Origin: a virus
Lineage: Duplodnaviria; Caudoviricetes
Strand: one strand, 5' to 3'
DNA length: 64,000 nucleotides
IMG/VR virus record: IMGVR_UViG_2595698902_000001
Location: 32,001-96,000 of that record
Positions 9,791 through 19,412 of this stretch are shown one piece after another. Position 1 is the first letter of the stretch; every line of letters starts with the position of its first letter. Made by a program: the position numbers and the translations under genes. A model generated the notes under the pieces. That model saw only the letters and a list, made by a program, of their open reading frames with translations, made no database searches and was not told the origin of the DNA.

Positions 9791-9837
9791 CTAAAGGCTG
9801 CGACATGGGGAGTTGAAGCAGAGCCTACGTCAATAGG

Positions 9838-10107
9838 CTACTCTGTTAAATTAGTCACAAAAGCGTAACCAAAAGAATCGTTTGCTTTCAACTCCTGAAT
9901 GGTAAGACGGCCAAAAGTACGGCGTGGATTACAGCACATATAGCAACCGGATACGCCGCAATTAAATGGATTACGTTTATTCCACTTATTAGAGGGCTTA
10001 ATACCGCCAGCCGAATGTGGGTAATGGTTCCAATCAAATACGCGCTTTGAGATAACACGTTTAGAATGGAACCGATTCAACGCCTTTGCTTCTTTATCGT
10101 ATGACAT
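9838..10107 (-). CDS. Small basic Cys-cluster protein (CxxxxCxxCCNPR)
   Basis: 89 aa, AT-rich relative to neighbours, CGVSGCYMCCNPRR...TIQELK. Confidence 0.65.
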   Translation of the reverse strand: MSYDKEAKALNRFHSKRVISKRVFDWNHYPHSAGGIKPSNKWNKRNPFNCGVSGCYMCCNPRRTFGRLTIQELKANDSFGYAFVTNLTE

Positions 10108-10163
10108 TAATCAAACCTACGTGCGATGCCCGCCCCGGTATTGAGACGGGCTATCGTATGTAG

Positions 10164-10382
10164 TTAAATGTCGGGGCGCACGTCATGGCGTTCCTTATTC
10201 ATTTGATTTCCTTGTGATTGATCGAATGGGCCGCGCACCATAACAGCCTGCATATGATCAGCAATGGTTTTACCAAATTCGCTTAATGCTTTGCGCTGTT
10301 CTGGTGACGGTTTACCCATTCGCATCATTAGAGATTGGAGCGCTTTACCGAATTCACCTTTGTTAGATATCGGGTCGCTCAT
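10164..10382 (-). CDS. Hypothetical protein
   Basis: 72-aa ORF tiling the operon. Confidence 0.55.
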   Translation of the reverse strand: MSDPISNKGEFGKALQSLMMRMGKPSPEQRKALSEFGKTIADHMQAVMVRGPFDQSQGNQMNKERHDVRPDI

Positions 10383-10387
10383 CGTGC

Positions 10388-10570
10388 TTACTCATCGCAG
10401 CCGATATCCTGCGAACCAATCATAAAACCGAGGTCGATTTCGCGAGCAATACCAGCGCCGACGCCGATTTCCTCAGCACCAATTACATTAACTGCAACAA
10501 CGCCCATAGTGGAATTCCTCTGTGCCCAAAGACGAATGTTCTGTTTATTCCGTTCAATTGCATCGTGCAT
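10388..10570 (-). CDS. Hypothetical protein
   Basis: 60-aa ORF coupled (TAATG) to the protease stop. Confidence 0.55.
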   Translation of the reverse strand: MHDAIERNKQNIRLWAQRNSTMGVVAVNVIGAEEIGVGAGIAREIDLGFMIGSQDIGCDE

Positions 10571-11379
10571 TAACGGATGCTCCGTGGATCAATTACATGA
10601 TCGCCAATTGCAGATACGTAAGACGGATCACCAAAGCCTTGACGATAGCCATCACCGCCGTGACGACCGCCAACGTTTTCCAGCAATGACAATTCAAAGC
10701 CGGTAATATTCTCGCAACGACGATAAGCCAATCGGCCATCCATCAAGCGATAAGTCGGTTTGCCCGGACGCGTATGCGCACACGGACTGCCTTCACCTTT
10801 ACCGGCGCGATGCCCACAAATAGAACAGGTATAAGACGAATAAAGCATACCCATCGAATACGTGTTATAAATGCGTTTCAAAACCTTGTCGCAACGGTCT
10901 GCATCGCGGGTACGATCCAGCGCCGCCAGCATTACCAGTTTATGAATGTTTTTGAATTGAGTGGGGCGCATATACGTCCCGAGAATCAATCCGCGCACCC
11001 ATTCCGGTTTATGCTGGTGTTCAATATACATCGGGCGACCTTCCCACGTTTTGTACGCGAGACGACCGCATTTTTCGTTCCACGCGGTAAACTGTTTCAA
11101 GTCAACAGAATCGCCGTTGGTGTTTGGAATGCGAGTAATCATTGCCGGAACAGGAACTAGAATATAGTCACTAAGACGCGGCGAAAGATTGTGATATTCA
11201 GCTGCACGCGGCAACCAAATTTGCGCTTCCAGAGTTTGAGTTTCACCCGTGCCGGAAACTTCACCGTTTACCGTTACGGAACCATCTTCGTTCGGAGTAA
11301 TTCCGTGCATTTCCGTCGCTTGCAACGGAGTGCCCAGCGTAAACCCTAACGCAAGTTCACCATCATCAGCATCAAACAT
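10570..11379 (-). CDS. Prohead maturation protease (assemblin/HK97-type serine protease) with Zn-finger insert
   Basis: NTNGD, GRPMYIEH (catalytic His), YSMG (catalytic Ser), CSICGH...CAH insert, FELSLL...DP; likely start ATG 11379. Confidence 0.8.
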   Translation of the reverse strand: MFDADDGELALGFTLGTPLQATEMHGITPNEDGSVTVNGEVSGTGETQTLEAQIWLPRAAEYHNLSPRLSDYILVPVPAMITRIPNTNGDSVDLKQFTAWNEKCGRLAYKTWEGRPMYIEHQHKPEWVRGLILGTYMRPTQFKNIHKLVMLAALDRTRDADRCDKVLKRIYNTYSMGMLYSSYTCSICGHRAGKGEGSPCAHTRPGKPTYRLMDGRLAYRRCENITGFELSLLENVGGRHGGDGYRQGFGDPSYVSAIGDHVIDPRSIR

Positions 11380-11752
11380 TGGATTTAGAACCCGTGTAGT
11401 GGTCGCGCACCCATTGGCGTGCATCGGATAGCGACTGTTTATTGGGATTCACCAACGACAACAAACCCTCCTCACTTCGCGCCACATGAACTTGCGGATT
11501 TTCTTCGTCAAATTCGTCGTGGTCGTGTGCGAAAGGATCAAATTGTTGGTGATGAATTCTTGCACTCCACATAGCCGTTTGTTGGCTACGGTCGGCGCTT
11601 TCATCGGGCGATTCGATACCGTCCATAGGTTTCGGCGTGGACGCATGAGACTCCAAAGTCGCAATGCGTTTATCCCCGTCACAAACCCACATTTTGGTAC
11701 GCTGCGCCATAGGCAAATGGCGTTCATCAGGATCGCACAAAAACGTCAGCAT
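11372..11752 (-). CDS. Hypothetical protein
   Basis: 126 aa, GGAGGT RBS, tiles the operon. Confidence 0.6.
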   Translation of the reverse strand: MLTFLCDPDERHLPMAQRTKMWVCDGDKRIATLESHASTPKPMDGIESPDESADRSQQTAMWSARIHHQQFDPFAHDHDEFDEENPQVHVARSEEGLLSLVNPNKQSLSDARQWVRDHYTGSKSNV

Positions 11753-13093
11753 TTAGATACCTCCCTGCATTCCGTTTTGGTGATAGAAATCCCCGTCACA
11801 GCAAAGGAAGAAATCTTGACCCACTTGGCCGATTGTCACGCGCCCGTATCCGTTATCGAAATGGTAGGCGTGATTATCTTCGTACTCGGTGACGCTGGAT
11901 TCATAGCCCATGTTTTTGAACAGGCGCTGCAAACCCCGGAAACCGGCGGGACAATTGAACATCAGGCCATTACCGTGCGGGCGGTAATTGTCGCAATAAC
12001 CGAAATTCAGCAGGTATTGCAGATCGGCAAAACGTGCATCAGAAGCAGTAGCGAAAATGGAATCGCCATGCTCTTTCAAATCAGCAGCCGATTGGTGACG
12101 AAGCAGATCGGCAACTTGATCGATAACCATGCCAATTACATGATCGTCGCTAAGTTCTTCGTTGTCGTCAATCGAATCGAATACGGAAAACGCAACAGCA
12201 ACAATCGGATCGACTTTGGATGATTTCTTGCCATTTTTGGAACCGGCTTTTACGTCGTCGTCATCGTCGTCATAATCACCGAGGTCACGCGACTTAATCG
12301 GCTCCAGCCCATCCGCTTCGCGTTGTGCGTTGATTCTTTTCAGTCTTTCCCTATTGCGCTTTTTCTCTTTCAGGCGGCGCAATTCGGAAACGTCGTCTCG
12401 CAGGTTTTTGCCATGCTTGGAACCAGCCCACATATTGAACATGGTTACGCCCAGCAATACGCCCAGCGGTGCAGCGGCTGCGCTACAGGCCAGAATACCG
12501 GCACCCAAAACCGCGACCGTAGCCATGCCACCTAAAACACGGTGCATTGCGTGCTTAGTGGTAATACTAAGTTCGTCGGGTTTTTGCTCACCAGAAATCA
12601 GCGATTTAATTGCGCCCAGTCCCTTATGGTACATGTGCGGCATACGCTGCGATTGCTTCTGGATCGCGGTGGCGATTTCTGTTTTATTTTTGTTGATATT
12701 GTCGGAGGCTTCGCGCAGATGCGTGTCCTTAACTTCCTGCAACGCGTGCAGGGAGGTCGGGTTGATCACCGCCACGTTCGACTTGTTGAATTCCGAAATA
12801 TCTTTACGGACGGCTGACAGGCGTTTGCGCCGTTCAAAGATATCCTCAGAATCCTTGAACCGCGCAGCACCAGTCTTTTTCTCTGGTGCCATTACCTGTT
12901 TGTTTTCCACATTGTCAGGATCGCCCTTGTGCATCAGGAATCGGTGACTGGAATGCGGATAGAGTTTCAAATAACGTTCGCGGGCGGCGGTAGATAGCTT
13001 GAGGAATTCAGATTTCCCCAAGCGTTTCTGCCATGTTGCCATTTCCTGCACATGGTCAGCATCTTTAAACGCCCATGCTATCGAGATAAACAT
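11753..13093 (-). CDS. Putative internal virion protein with hydrophobic hairpin
   Basis: 446 aa; MATVAVLGAGILACSAAAAPLGVLLGVTMF hydrophobic stretch; N-terminus MFISIA; FATASD motif. Confidence 0.55.
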   Translation of the reverse strand: MFISIAWAFKDADHVQEMATWQKRLGKSEFLKLSTAARERYLKLYPHSSHRFLMHKGDPDNVENKQVMAPEKKTGAARFKDSEDIFERRKRLSAVRKDISEFNKSNVAVINPTSLHALQEVKDTHLREASDNINKNKTEIATAIQKQSQRMPHMYHKGLGAIKSLISGEQKPDELSITTKHAMHRVLGGMATVAVLGAGILACSAAAAPLGVLLGVTMFNMWAGSKHGKNLRDDVSELRRLKEKKRNRERLKRINAQREADGLEPIKSRDLGDYDDDDDDVKAGSKNGKKSSKVDPIVAVAFSVFDSIDDNEELSDDHVIGMVIDQVADLLRHQSAADLKEHGDSIFATASDARFADLQYLLNFGYCDNYRPHGNGLMFNCPAGFRGLQRLFKNMGYESSVTEYEDNHAYHFDNGYGRVTIGQVGQDFFLCCDGDFYHQNGMQGGI

Positions 13094-14165
13094 GGCGTGC
13101 TTCCTGAATAGTTTTCTCTAAGATCGCAATGTCTCTTGCGAGTTCGAGCGACATTTTGCCGTCAAACATTTGCAGCAAAATATCGCGGTGTTGCGCAGCA
13201 GGGCGTAGGAAATTCAGCTGCTGATAACAAGCCATCAGCATGTGGTGGCCCCACGAATCCTGATAGAAATAATCCTCGTAGATCATGTCATAGTCAGGAC
13301 GTTCAACTTCCAGCATTGATTTCACGTAGGCAATGCAGTGTTCGTATTTCTTGTGTTGGAAATAGTACAGTGCAAGGTGGCCGTAGGATTCGCGGATGTT
13401 GTCGCAATGCTGAATTGCGTGGCGATACCACCACTCAGCGGTTTTGAAATCATCGCGATTCATGTAGGCAATTCGGCGGCAGCTTTCAGCGCGGAAAGGC
13501 GCAACCTCTTCGATATCCACATGTGTTTTATACAGCGGCTCAGCCATCTGGTAATTGCCCATACCGAAGTATTCGCGGGCGAGATACTGCACGCAGCGGG
13601 CGTCGTTTGGATTCTCTTCGTATGCCAGTTTCAGCAGGTCGAGATAATGCCCGGCGTCTTTCCGTTCCCCGTAGTGAACACACAGGAAAGAAATTGTCGG
13701 ATGTTTTTCGCTTACGTCGGGAACCAACAGCTCATGAATTGGGTATTGCCATGCCGCACGCTTGGGCCGGTGGATCGCCATGCGTGGGTAGGAACAGAGG
13801 ATATTTCCCTGCGCGTCATGCTCGTAAACAAGCGTGTAATTAGCGGCAGTCATTTCCTCGGTAAATTCGCTTTCGATAGCGGAGCGCCAATGCGACTCGA
13901 AACGCTCGTCGAAATCGAGGGAGACACAAACGTCATAGTCTGCGGGGATCAGCGATGCAGCTTCATTGCGGGCGTGGTCAAAACGGAAAGTTTTTCCGGT
14001 GTGCATCTGGTGAACGGTAACGCCCAGCTCGCGCAAGGCGTTAACCGTGCCGTCTCTGCTACCAGTGTCCAATACAAAAATGCCGTCTGCATCTTTGACG
14101 TTTTCGTACCAGTCAGCAACGTTTTCAACTTCGTTTAGTGCAATAGCATAAACGGCAATTTTCAT
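13065..14165 (-). CDS. GT2-family glycosyltransferase with C-terminal TPR repeats
   Basis: IALNE, VLDTGSRDGT, FDHARN, LDFDE (DxD), W..PIHE, followed by TPR-like helices (YLAREYF..G.Y..A; ESYGHLALYYF...YEHC). Confidence 0.9.
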   Translation of the reverse strand: MKIAVYAIALNEVENVADWYENVKDADGIFVLDTGSRDGTVNALRELGVTVHQMHTGKTFRFDHARNEAASLIPADYDVCVSLDFDERFESHWRSAIESEFTEEMTAANYTLVYEHDAQGNILCSYPRMAIHRPKRAAWQYPIHELLVPDVSEKHPTISFLCVHYGERKDAGHYLDLLKLAYEENPNDARCVQYLAREYFGMGNYQMAEPLYKTHVDIEEVAPFRAESCRRIAYMNRDDFKTAEWWYRHAIQHCDNIRESYGHLALYYFQHKKYEHCIAYVKSMLEVERPDYDMIYEDYFYQDSWGHHMLMACYQQLNFLRPAAQHRDILLQMFDGKMSLELARDIAILEKTIQEARHVYLDSMGV

Positions 14166-14482
14166 CAGGCTACTCGCTCAGCTTTCGGGATAGATTCGAG
14201 AATGGTTTTGACCAGTTCCAGCGCACCGTCATCGGAAGGCGGGAACATATGCTTAGGCCATTCAACCGCTGCATAATCATTGGTTTTTACGTCGGCGATA
14301 AACCAGCTTGGGTTTTGAGTCAGGGTCAAAACTGCAAGGCCGTTATGTTCGCCGTAAATCATCAGACTCAGACGCGTAGGCATATCCGCCTTGGCGCCAT
14401 GCTCAACGATTTTTACGTCTAGGTCTGTTCGTAGATGCTTTTGGATATAGGCTACGGTTTGGGACATGGGTTTAGATTCCAT
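14165..14482 (-). CDS. Hypothetical protein
   Basis: Likely start ATG 14482 overlapping the ligase end. Confidence 0.55.
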   Translation of the reverse strand: MESKPMSQTVAYIQKHLRTDLDVKIVEHGAKADMPTRLSLMIYGEHNGLAVLTLTQNPSWFIADVKTNDYAAVEWPKHMFPPSDDGALELVKTILESIPKAERVA

Positions 14483-16430
14483 ATTTCTTTCTAAAGTCTG
14501 CGATTGGGATAATCGGAATGTCCAGCTTGTTCGCCTCTGCGGTCTTGTTATTAGACGCATTTTTGTCTTTCACAATCAGCAGTGTGGCCTGCTTAACCGT
14601 CGAGGCAATTTTCCCGCCGTTTGCGACAATCCAATCTTGTGCCTGTTGGTCGCGCACGGAAGTAAACAGTACAGCTTGATCCTTCATTTTAGAACCCGTT
14701 ACCGCTTTCTTTTCCTGCACAACCAATGTGATGCCGTTACGTCGCAGGAACTTCGCAAACACTTTGAAGTTCTCTGCGATTTGTGTAGCCAATTCTTTGA
14801 AGCCGCGCACGTTGCGAATCATACGGTCGAGGTCGCGAACGGTCGTGGTTTCTGCGGCTGCAATTTCCAGAATATCAGGGATCGCTTCGATTAACGCAGT
14901 AATGCGTTTCTCGCCGATGCCTTCACCGAATGCAGCAGAACCGCGTGCCACGTTCAAGAATGTCATCTTGCTTTTCGTGGTTTGCAGATTCTTGTGAAGC
15001 TCTTTTGCGCTGCGCTCTGCGTAGCCGGGCAACGCCAGAATATCCTGCACTTTCAAGCGCAGAATTTTCTTCACCGTGTCGTAACCAGCGTCAACCAATT
15101 TAGTGACCACGCCTTGCTTAACACCGTCGATTTCCAGCACGGTAAAGAAGTGAGTCAATTCCTTGATTGTTCGCAGGCTGGATTTCCCTTCCTCATGCAC
15201 CGCATACAGGAACGCACCTTTGCGCACAAATGGAACATCGGGAACAGCTGGCGCACGGGCCGCTTTCACAACTTCCATAATGTACGGAATTACATCACCG
15301 GAACGCACGGCACGAATGACCGCACCCTTGCCAAGTGGACGTGGTTTGTATGGAGGTTTCCCGCCATTCTTTTTCACGTCTTCGCGGCTATAACCGTTCT
15401 CGATATATTCGTAGTTGTGCGCAGTGAAACTGGTCACTTCTACGCCGCCAATAATGGTCGGATCGATCTTGATAACCTGCGTGATTTTTCCAAGGCGCGA
15501 CTCTTCAAAAACAACATCCACAACTTCGACCAGCACGGAGGAAGCGAGGCTGTTAATCTTGAACGCGTAGGAGTGCGTCGGGTAGCCGCCAGTGATTTTG
15601 TACGGAACGTTTTGGGTAACAACAATCCCGTCAATATCGCGACCGGCATCGCCTTTACGCTGGTCGTGAAATTCGGCCAGAATATCAGCAGTGATTTTCT
15701 TCACCACCATATGCGGCACAACATCGAACTTCCATTTCTCCAGCAAAGCGAGCTGCTCATTCAGCGGCTGGCCTGCGCCTTTGCCTTTCAGAATCTCATA
15801 GCAAACCACACGAAATCGTTTCATGTGAGGATTCGCTTCGTTTCGATTCAGCAGACCTGCGCCCATGTTACGGGAAGTCTTGTAGTCAGAGGCAAAGTAT
15901 TTCTGGAATACCGCTTTGTCTGCCGTGAATTCCGCACGCACGATCAGGCGACCTTTGTACGAAATGTTTTTCGGCAGCTTGAGGTATTTTAGTGCTTTAG
16001 AAACGTCTTTGCCGACCACACCGGTTTTACCCCGCGTAGTCAGCAAAATTGGATTGCCGTCTAGGTACGTAACGGCCAAGGAAATTCCGTCTTCCTTGTC
16101 CGATATTGTATAGCTGGACGCCTTCATAAATGCGTGCTGCTTCACCGGGCTAAGTGTGTGGAACTTATCCAGCGAAGACATTGGAACTTCTAGATCAATA
16201 TCGACGTTTTTGGAACCGCCAACATCCTTTGCTGTCTTTTTCTTTTTGGAAATCGACCAACGATAATCGTCCATGATATCGTAAGCTTCATCGCTCAGAA
16301 CTTCTTTGCCTTCGCGATAGCGCGTATCCAGCTCTTCCAGTACCGCATTCAATTCAGCGAGCGGCAACGATTGTGCAAACTTGAGGGGTTCACGCTTCAT
16401 TGCCCGCTTTTGTTCCAGCGTAAATTTCAT
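14472..16430 (-). CDS. ligA: NAD+-dependent DNA ligase
   Basis: Domain Ia Y..G...SDEAYD, MSSLDK, KEDG adenylation motif, TRG, RAE, DIDGIV, AFK, RSGDVIP, HhH repeats, C-terminal BRCT (VLFT..RD...GGK). Confidence 0.95.
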   Translation of the reverse strand: MKFTLEQKRAMKREPLKFAQSLPLAELNAVLEELDTRYREGKEVLSDEAYDIMDDYRWSISKKKKTAKDVGGSKNVDIDLEVPMSSLDKFHTLSPVKQHAFMKASSYTISDKEDGISLAVTYLDGNPILLTTRGKTGVVGKDVSKALKYLKLPKNISYKGRLIVRAEFTADKAVFQKYFASDYKTSRNMGAGLLNRNEANPHMKRFRVVCYEILKGKGAGQPLNEQLALLEKWKFDVVPHMVVKKITADILAEFHDQRKGDAGRDIDGIVVTQNVPYKITGGYPTHSYAFKINSLASSVLVEVVDVVFEESRLGKITQVIKIDPTIIGGVEVTSFTAHNYEYIENGYSREDVKKNGGKPPYKPRPLGKGAVIRAVRSGDVIPYIMEVVKAARAPAVPDVPFVRKGAFLYAVHEEGKSSLRTIKELTHFFTVLEIDGVKQGVVTKLVDAGYDTVKKILRLKVQDILALPGYAERSAKELHKNLQTTKSKMTFLNVARGSAAFGEGIGEKRITALIEAIPDILEIAAAETTTVRDLDRMIRNVRGFKELATQIAENFKVFAKFLRRNGITLVVQEKKAVTGSKMKDQAVLFTSVRDQQAQDWIVANGGKIASTVKQATLLIVKDKNASNNKTAEANKLDIPIIPIADFRKKYGI

Positions 16431-17704
16431 AGACGTTTTCCGGCGCTCATTTCAAGGTCTGCCGCTTTGGTCATAACCTTATCCAGCTCTTCGCCAACAA
16501 GGGTACGGCCCGGCGTTACGGATTTCATATTGCGCAAGTCTTCCATTGCTGGCACGTTGTAATGCCGCAATGCTTTCGACTCTTCGTTATACAGCAGGAG
16601 GATATCGGTCAAACCGTTTTCCTCAATGGAAACGACAACCCATTCATCACCTTTTTTCGTGGTGAGAACCAAACCTTCGTGGGCCATTACAGACTCAGGA
16701 TCGTCAACGATTTCACCCTCTTCGTCAACCTCTTGGTCCTTATGGTAATCCATTTCAGGATCGTCTTCGATTTCGTCGTCCTCTTCCTCATTATTTACAG
16801 TATTGTCGTCATAATACTCAAGCTCTTCGTCCTCAACATCAGGCGTCGGATTGAGCAATTCTTCCTCTTCTTCGTCCTCGAAATCAAACTCTTCATCCAT
16901 GTCCACGTAGTCGTAAGTGGAAACGAGCGGTTTGATTCGCGCTGCGTGGTCGGAGTCGCTGGTGCCATCGCTGGTTTTTCCAACGTGTTCCTTTTCCACA
17001 TTGTATTTTTTCGGGATACGAATGCGGCGCGAGGGACGCTCTACCTTGCTGTCGATATCTGCAAAGGTGACAATACCTTTTTGCTGTTGGGCAGCGTGCT
17101 GAATATCAGAGTTGTTCGTGATGGTTTCGTACAGGTCGTGCGAAATGTTGATGCGTTCCTCGGTTGGCAGGATCAGGTATCCGCCGTGCGATTTACGCGA
17201 GTATCGCATACCGATCACATCGCCTTCATGCAAAGGCTTGCGACTTGCTTTGTGTGTTTTCGTGTAGACTGGCGTGGTGCGCATAACGCGGCGCCACTGG
17301 TAATCCGCACGGTCGTAGCTGTCGGTTTCGCGTGGGCTTTTTGGTGCTACCCAAAATTGCGATTCCAGTTTGTCGTTTGCCAGTTTCGCTTTGCGCATGG
17401 GCGAATAGCGCTGGCCTTCTTTTTTGGGTTTATCCGGCGTACCAGTGTAGTCTTTGAACTGGTGGATAAATTCCTTGATCGTCTCTTCCTTGATCGCCCG
17501 GTAAACCTTTTGCGGATACTTGGCGAGAACTACCTGATATGCCCCGGTCGTAGGGCCGCGTGTGGCCTTGCGAAAACCAATCAAATCATCAGGATCAACA
17601 GTAACAGGCGTGCCGTCCAAATCCAGCTTGAACGATTTACCTGCGTTGTACATCCATTCAAATTGTTTGAAATCCGCCGCCGCTGCTGCTAGGGAAATAA
17701 TCAT
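16427..17704 (-). CDS. Putative virion protein with tandem small beta domains and acidic linker
   Basis: 425 aa; N-terminus MIISLAAAA; repeated D(L/V)IG(F/M)R...Y..(V/I)L units; long D/E-rich region. Confidence 0.55.
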   Translation of the reverse strand: MIISLAAAAADFKQFEWMYNAGKSFKLDLDGTPVTVDPDDLIGFRKATRGPTTGAYQVVLAKYPQKVYRAIKEETIKEFIHQFKDYTGTPDKPKKEGQRYSPMRKAKLANDKLESQFWVAPKSPRETDSYDRADYQWRRVMRTTPVYTKTHKASRKPLHEGDVIGMRYSRKSHGGYLILPTEERINISHDLYETITNNSDIQHAAQQQKGIVTFADIDSKVERPSRRIRIPKKYNVEKEHVGKTSDGTSDSDHAARIKPLVSTYDYVDMDEEFDFEDEEEEELLNPTPDVEDEELEYYDDNTVNNEEEDDEIEDDPEMDYHKDQEVDEEGEIVDDPESVMAHEGLVLTTKKGDEWVVVSIEENGLTDILLLYNEESKALRHYNVPAMEDLRNMKSVTPGRTLVGEELDKVMTKAADLEMSAGKRL

Positions 17705-19353
17705 ACTACTTCAATCTCTTTTATGGCGGACACGGTTTCATGCTGCAACGTATAGAAAACGTAGAGCACACGTTTACCCGGAACCGTGGCAGTCACCATA
17801 CCGAAATCGATATTCACATCGGTTTCACTAACCCACTTGGCGTTTACTGGGCGCTCAGAACCATCGCTGAATTTTGCGTTAGCGGTGAACTGGGTCGGGG
17901 TATCTGCACGAATGGCATCAGGACCGTCGATGGAAATCGAAATTGGGTAAATGGTAACGTCGATAATGACCAGCGGCAGCGAAGCGCTCAGCGGGACTCC
18001 CGAAATCGAAGTCGAAGCGCTAACCACAAGCTCTGCCGTTTCCATTACCTGCTCTGCATACAGCACACCAGACGGAGTAATCGTCGCAATGTTTTCGTTC
18101 GACAAACTCCAATTTGCAGGCAATACCGAATCGGTGCCGTCCGCGTAAACAACGTGGAATTTCAGCGATTGGTATTCGCCAACGTACATCGGGCTTCGCA
18201 GCTCGATATAGCAGGACACAGGCGCCACCGGAGACGGAACAATATCCACGGTTTTATATGCGACAATATCGCCGTATTCCGCCATCAGGTTTACAGGGAT
18301 TTCCCCGCTCACTTGAGAGGCTGCGTAGAACTGGTTTCCTTCAATGCGGCCAGCAATCGAAGAGGTCTGAATTCTCGCGTTAACCGCCTTGCGGGTGCCG
18401 TTGCTGAAAACCAATGTCGTGTAATACTGCACGACCAAACCTTCACGCACTCGCGCAGGCCCTTCAATCTCCAGCGAAACGGGGCGAACAGTAATGTCCA
18501 CTACGCTCAATTGCAGCGAGGCGCTAATGGGCAAATCGTCGTAAACGTAAGTGCCGATAATTGTGGTGTCTTCCACGGAATCAACAGAGGCCGCGACAAA
18601 GTTTCCGTTACAGTCAATCGCGCCCGCTTTTGGATTCGTGTTGAACCACGATGCCTGTACTTCCCGATGCTTGTTATTGTCGAACAAAACATCCAATGCA
18701 AATTTCGCACAACCACGCTCCACCAAAACGGCAGGGCCGTGCATGGATGCGCTAACTGGATAAATGGACGAATCCACAACCAGTACATCAATGTGCGCAT
18801 TTGCAGTTACAGAACCCACGGTGTAAGTGGCGGTGAAACGCACCGACGCACTACCGCGAATTTTCAGAAAATGAGCCACACCATTTACGCCAACGGTGGC
18901 AATAGATGGGCGGTTAGAAGCAAACGACGTTGGTGTAACTTGCCGCACAGTCCCGTCGCTAAAACGTGCGTTTACAACATAAATGCCTTCGCTATTCCGC
19001 GCTACTTCTTTTTCGCCAGTGATGGTGATAGACGTTAAGGTCGCTGGCGTATCAACGTCGCGCACCACAACAATTGTGTTTGCCGTCAGGAAAGTGCCAG
19101 TTTCTTCATGAAAATATTGGCCATTAACCTGCACGTTACGGGTGCCACTGGATACAGTACCTGCGGTAAACAATCCGGTAGAACTAACCGATCCATATTG
19201 GCTGTTCGGCACGGACCAAACGGTATCGTTTTCCACATAAACTTTTGAGTTGTCGTCAAAAGTCAGCAGTGCCCGCATTTGAAACGTTAAGCGTTCTGGA
19301 ATAGGCGCATCAGGTCCGACCAAATCCAGTTGTACCGGCCATAATTCTGCCAT
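17701..19353 (-). CDS. Ig-like (Big_2-type) repeat virion protein
   Basis: About six repeats of P.S..I.GP.....Y...A.FSDG....V...W......I...G...A; likely start ATG 19353 after the terminator. Confidence 0.8.
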   Translation of the reverse strand: MAELWPVQLDLVGPDAPIPERLTFQMRALLTFDDNSKVYVENDTVWSVPNSQYGSVSSTGLFTAGTVSSGTRNVQVNGQYFHEETGTFLTANTIVVVRDVDTPATLTSITITGEKEVARNSEGIYVVNARFSDGTVRQVTPTSFASNRPSIATVGVNGVAHFLKIRGSASVRFTATYTVGSVTANAHIDVLVVDSSIYPVSASMHGPAVLVERGCAKFALDVLFDNNKHREVQASWFNTNPKAGAIDCNGNFVAASVDSVEDTTIIGTYVYDDLPISASLQLSVVDITVRPVSLEIEGPARVREGLVVQYYTTLVFSNGTRKAVNARIQTSSIAGRIEGNQFYAASQVSGEIPVNLMAEYGDIVAYKTVDIVPSPVAPVSCYIELRSPMYVGEYQSLKFHVVYADGTDSVLPANWSLSNENIATITPSGVLYAEQVMETAELVVSASTSISGVPLSASLPLVIIDVTIYPISISIDGPDAIRADTPTQFTANAKFSDGSERPVNAKWVSETDVNIDFGMVTATVPGKRVLYVFYTLQHETVSAIKEIEVV

Positions 19354-19374
19354 GACTTTTTCTCCGCAAACGAG

Positions 19375-19407
19375 AAAAAGCTGGCTACTCGAAAGTAGCC
19401 AGCTTTT
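19375..19407 (-). terminator. Rho-independent terminator
   Basis: AAAAGCTGGCTAC-TTTCGA-GTAGCCAGC-TTTTT. Confidence 0.85.
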
Positions 19408-19412
19408 CACCC

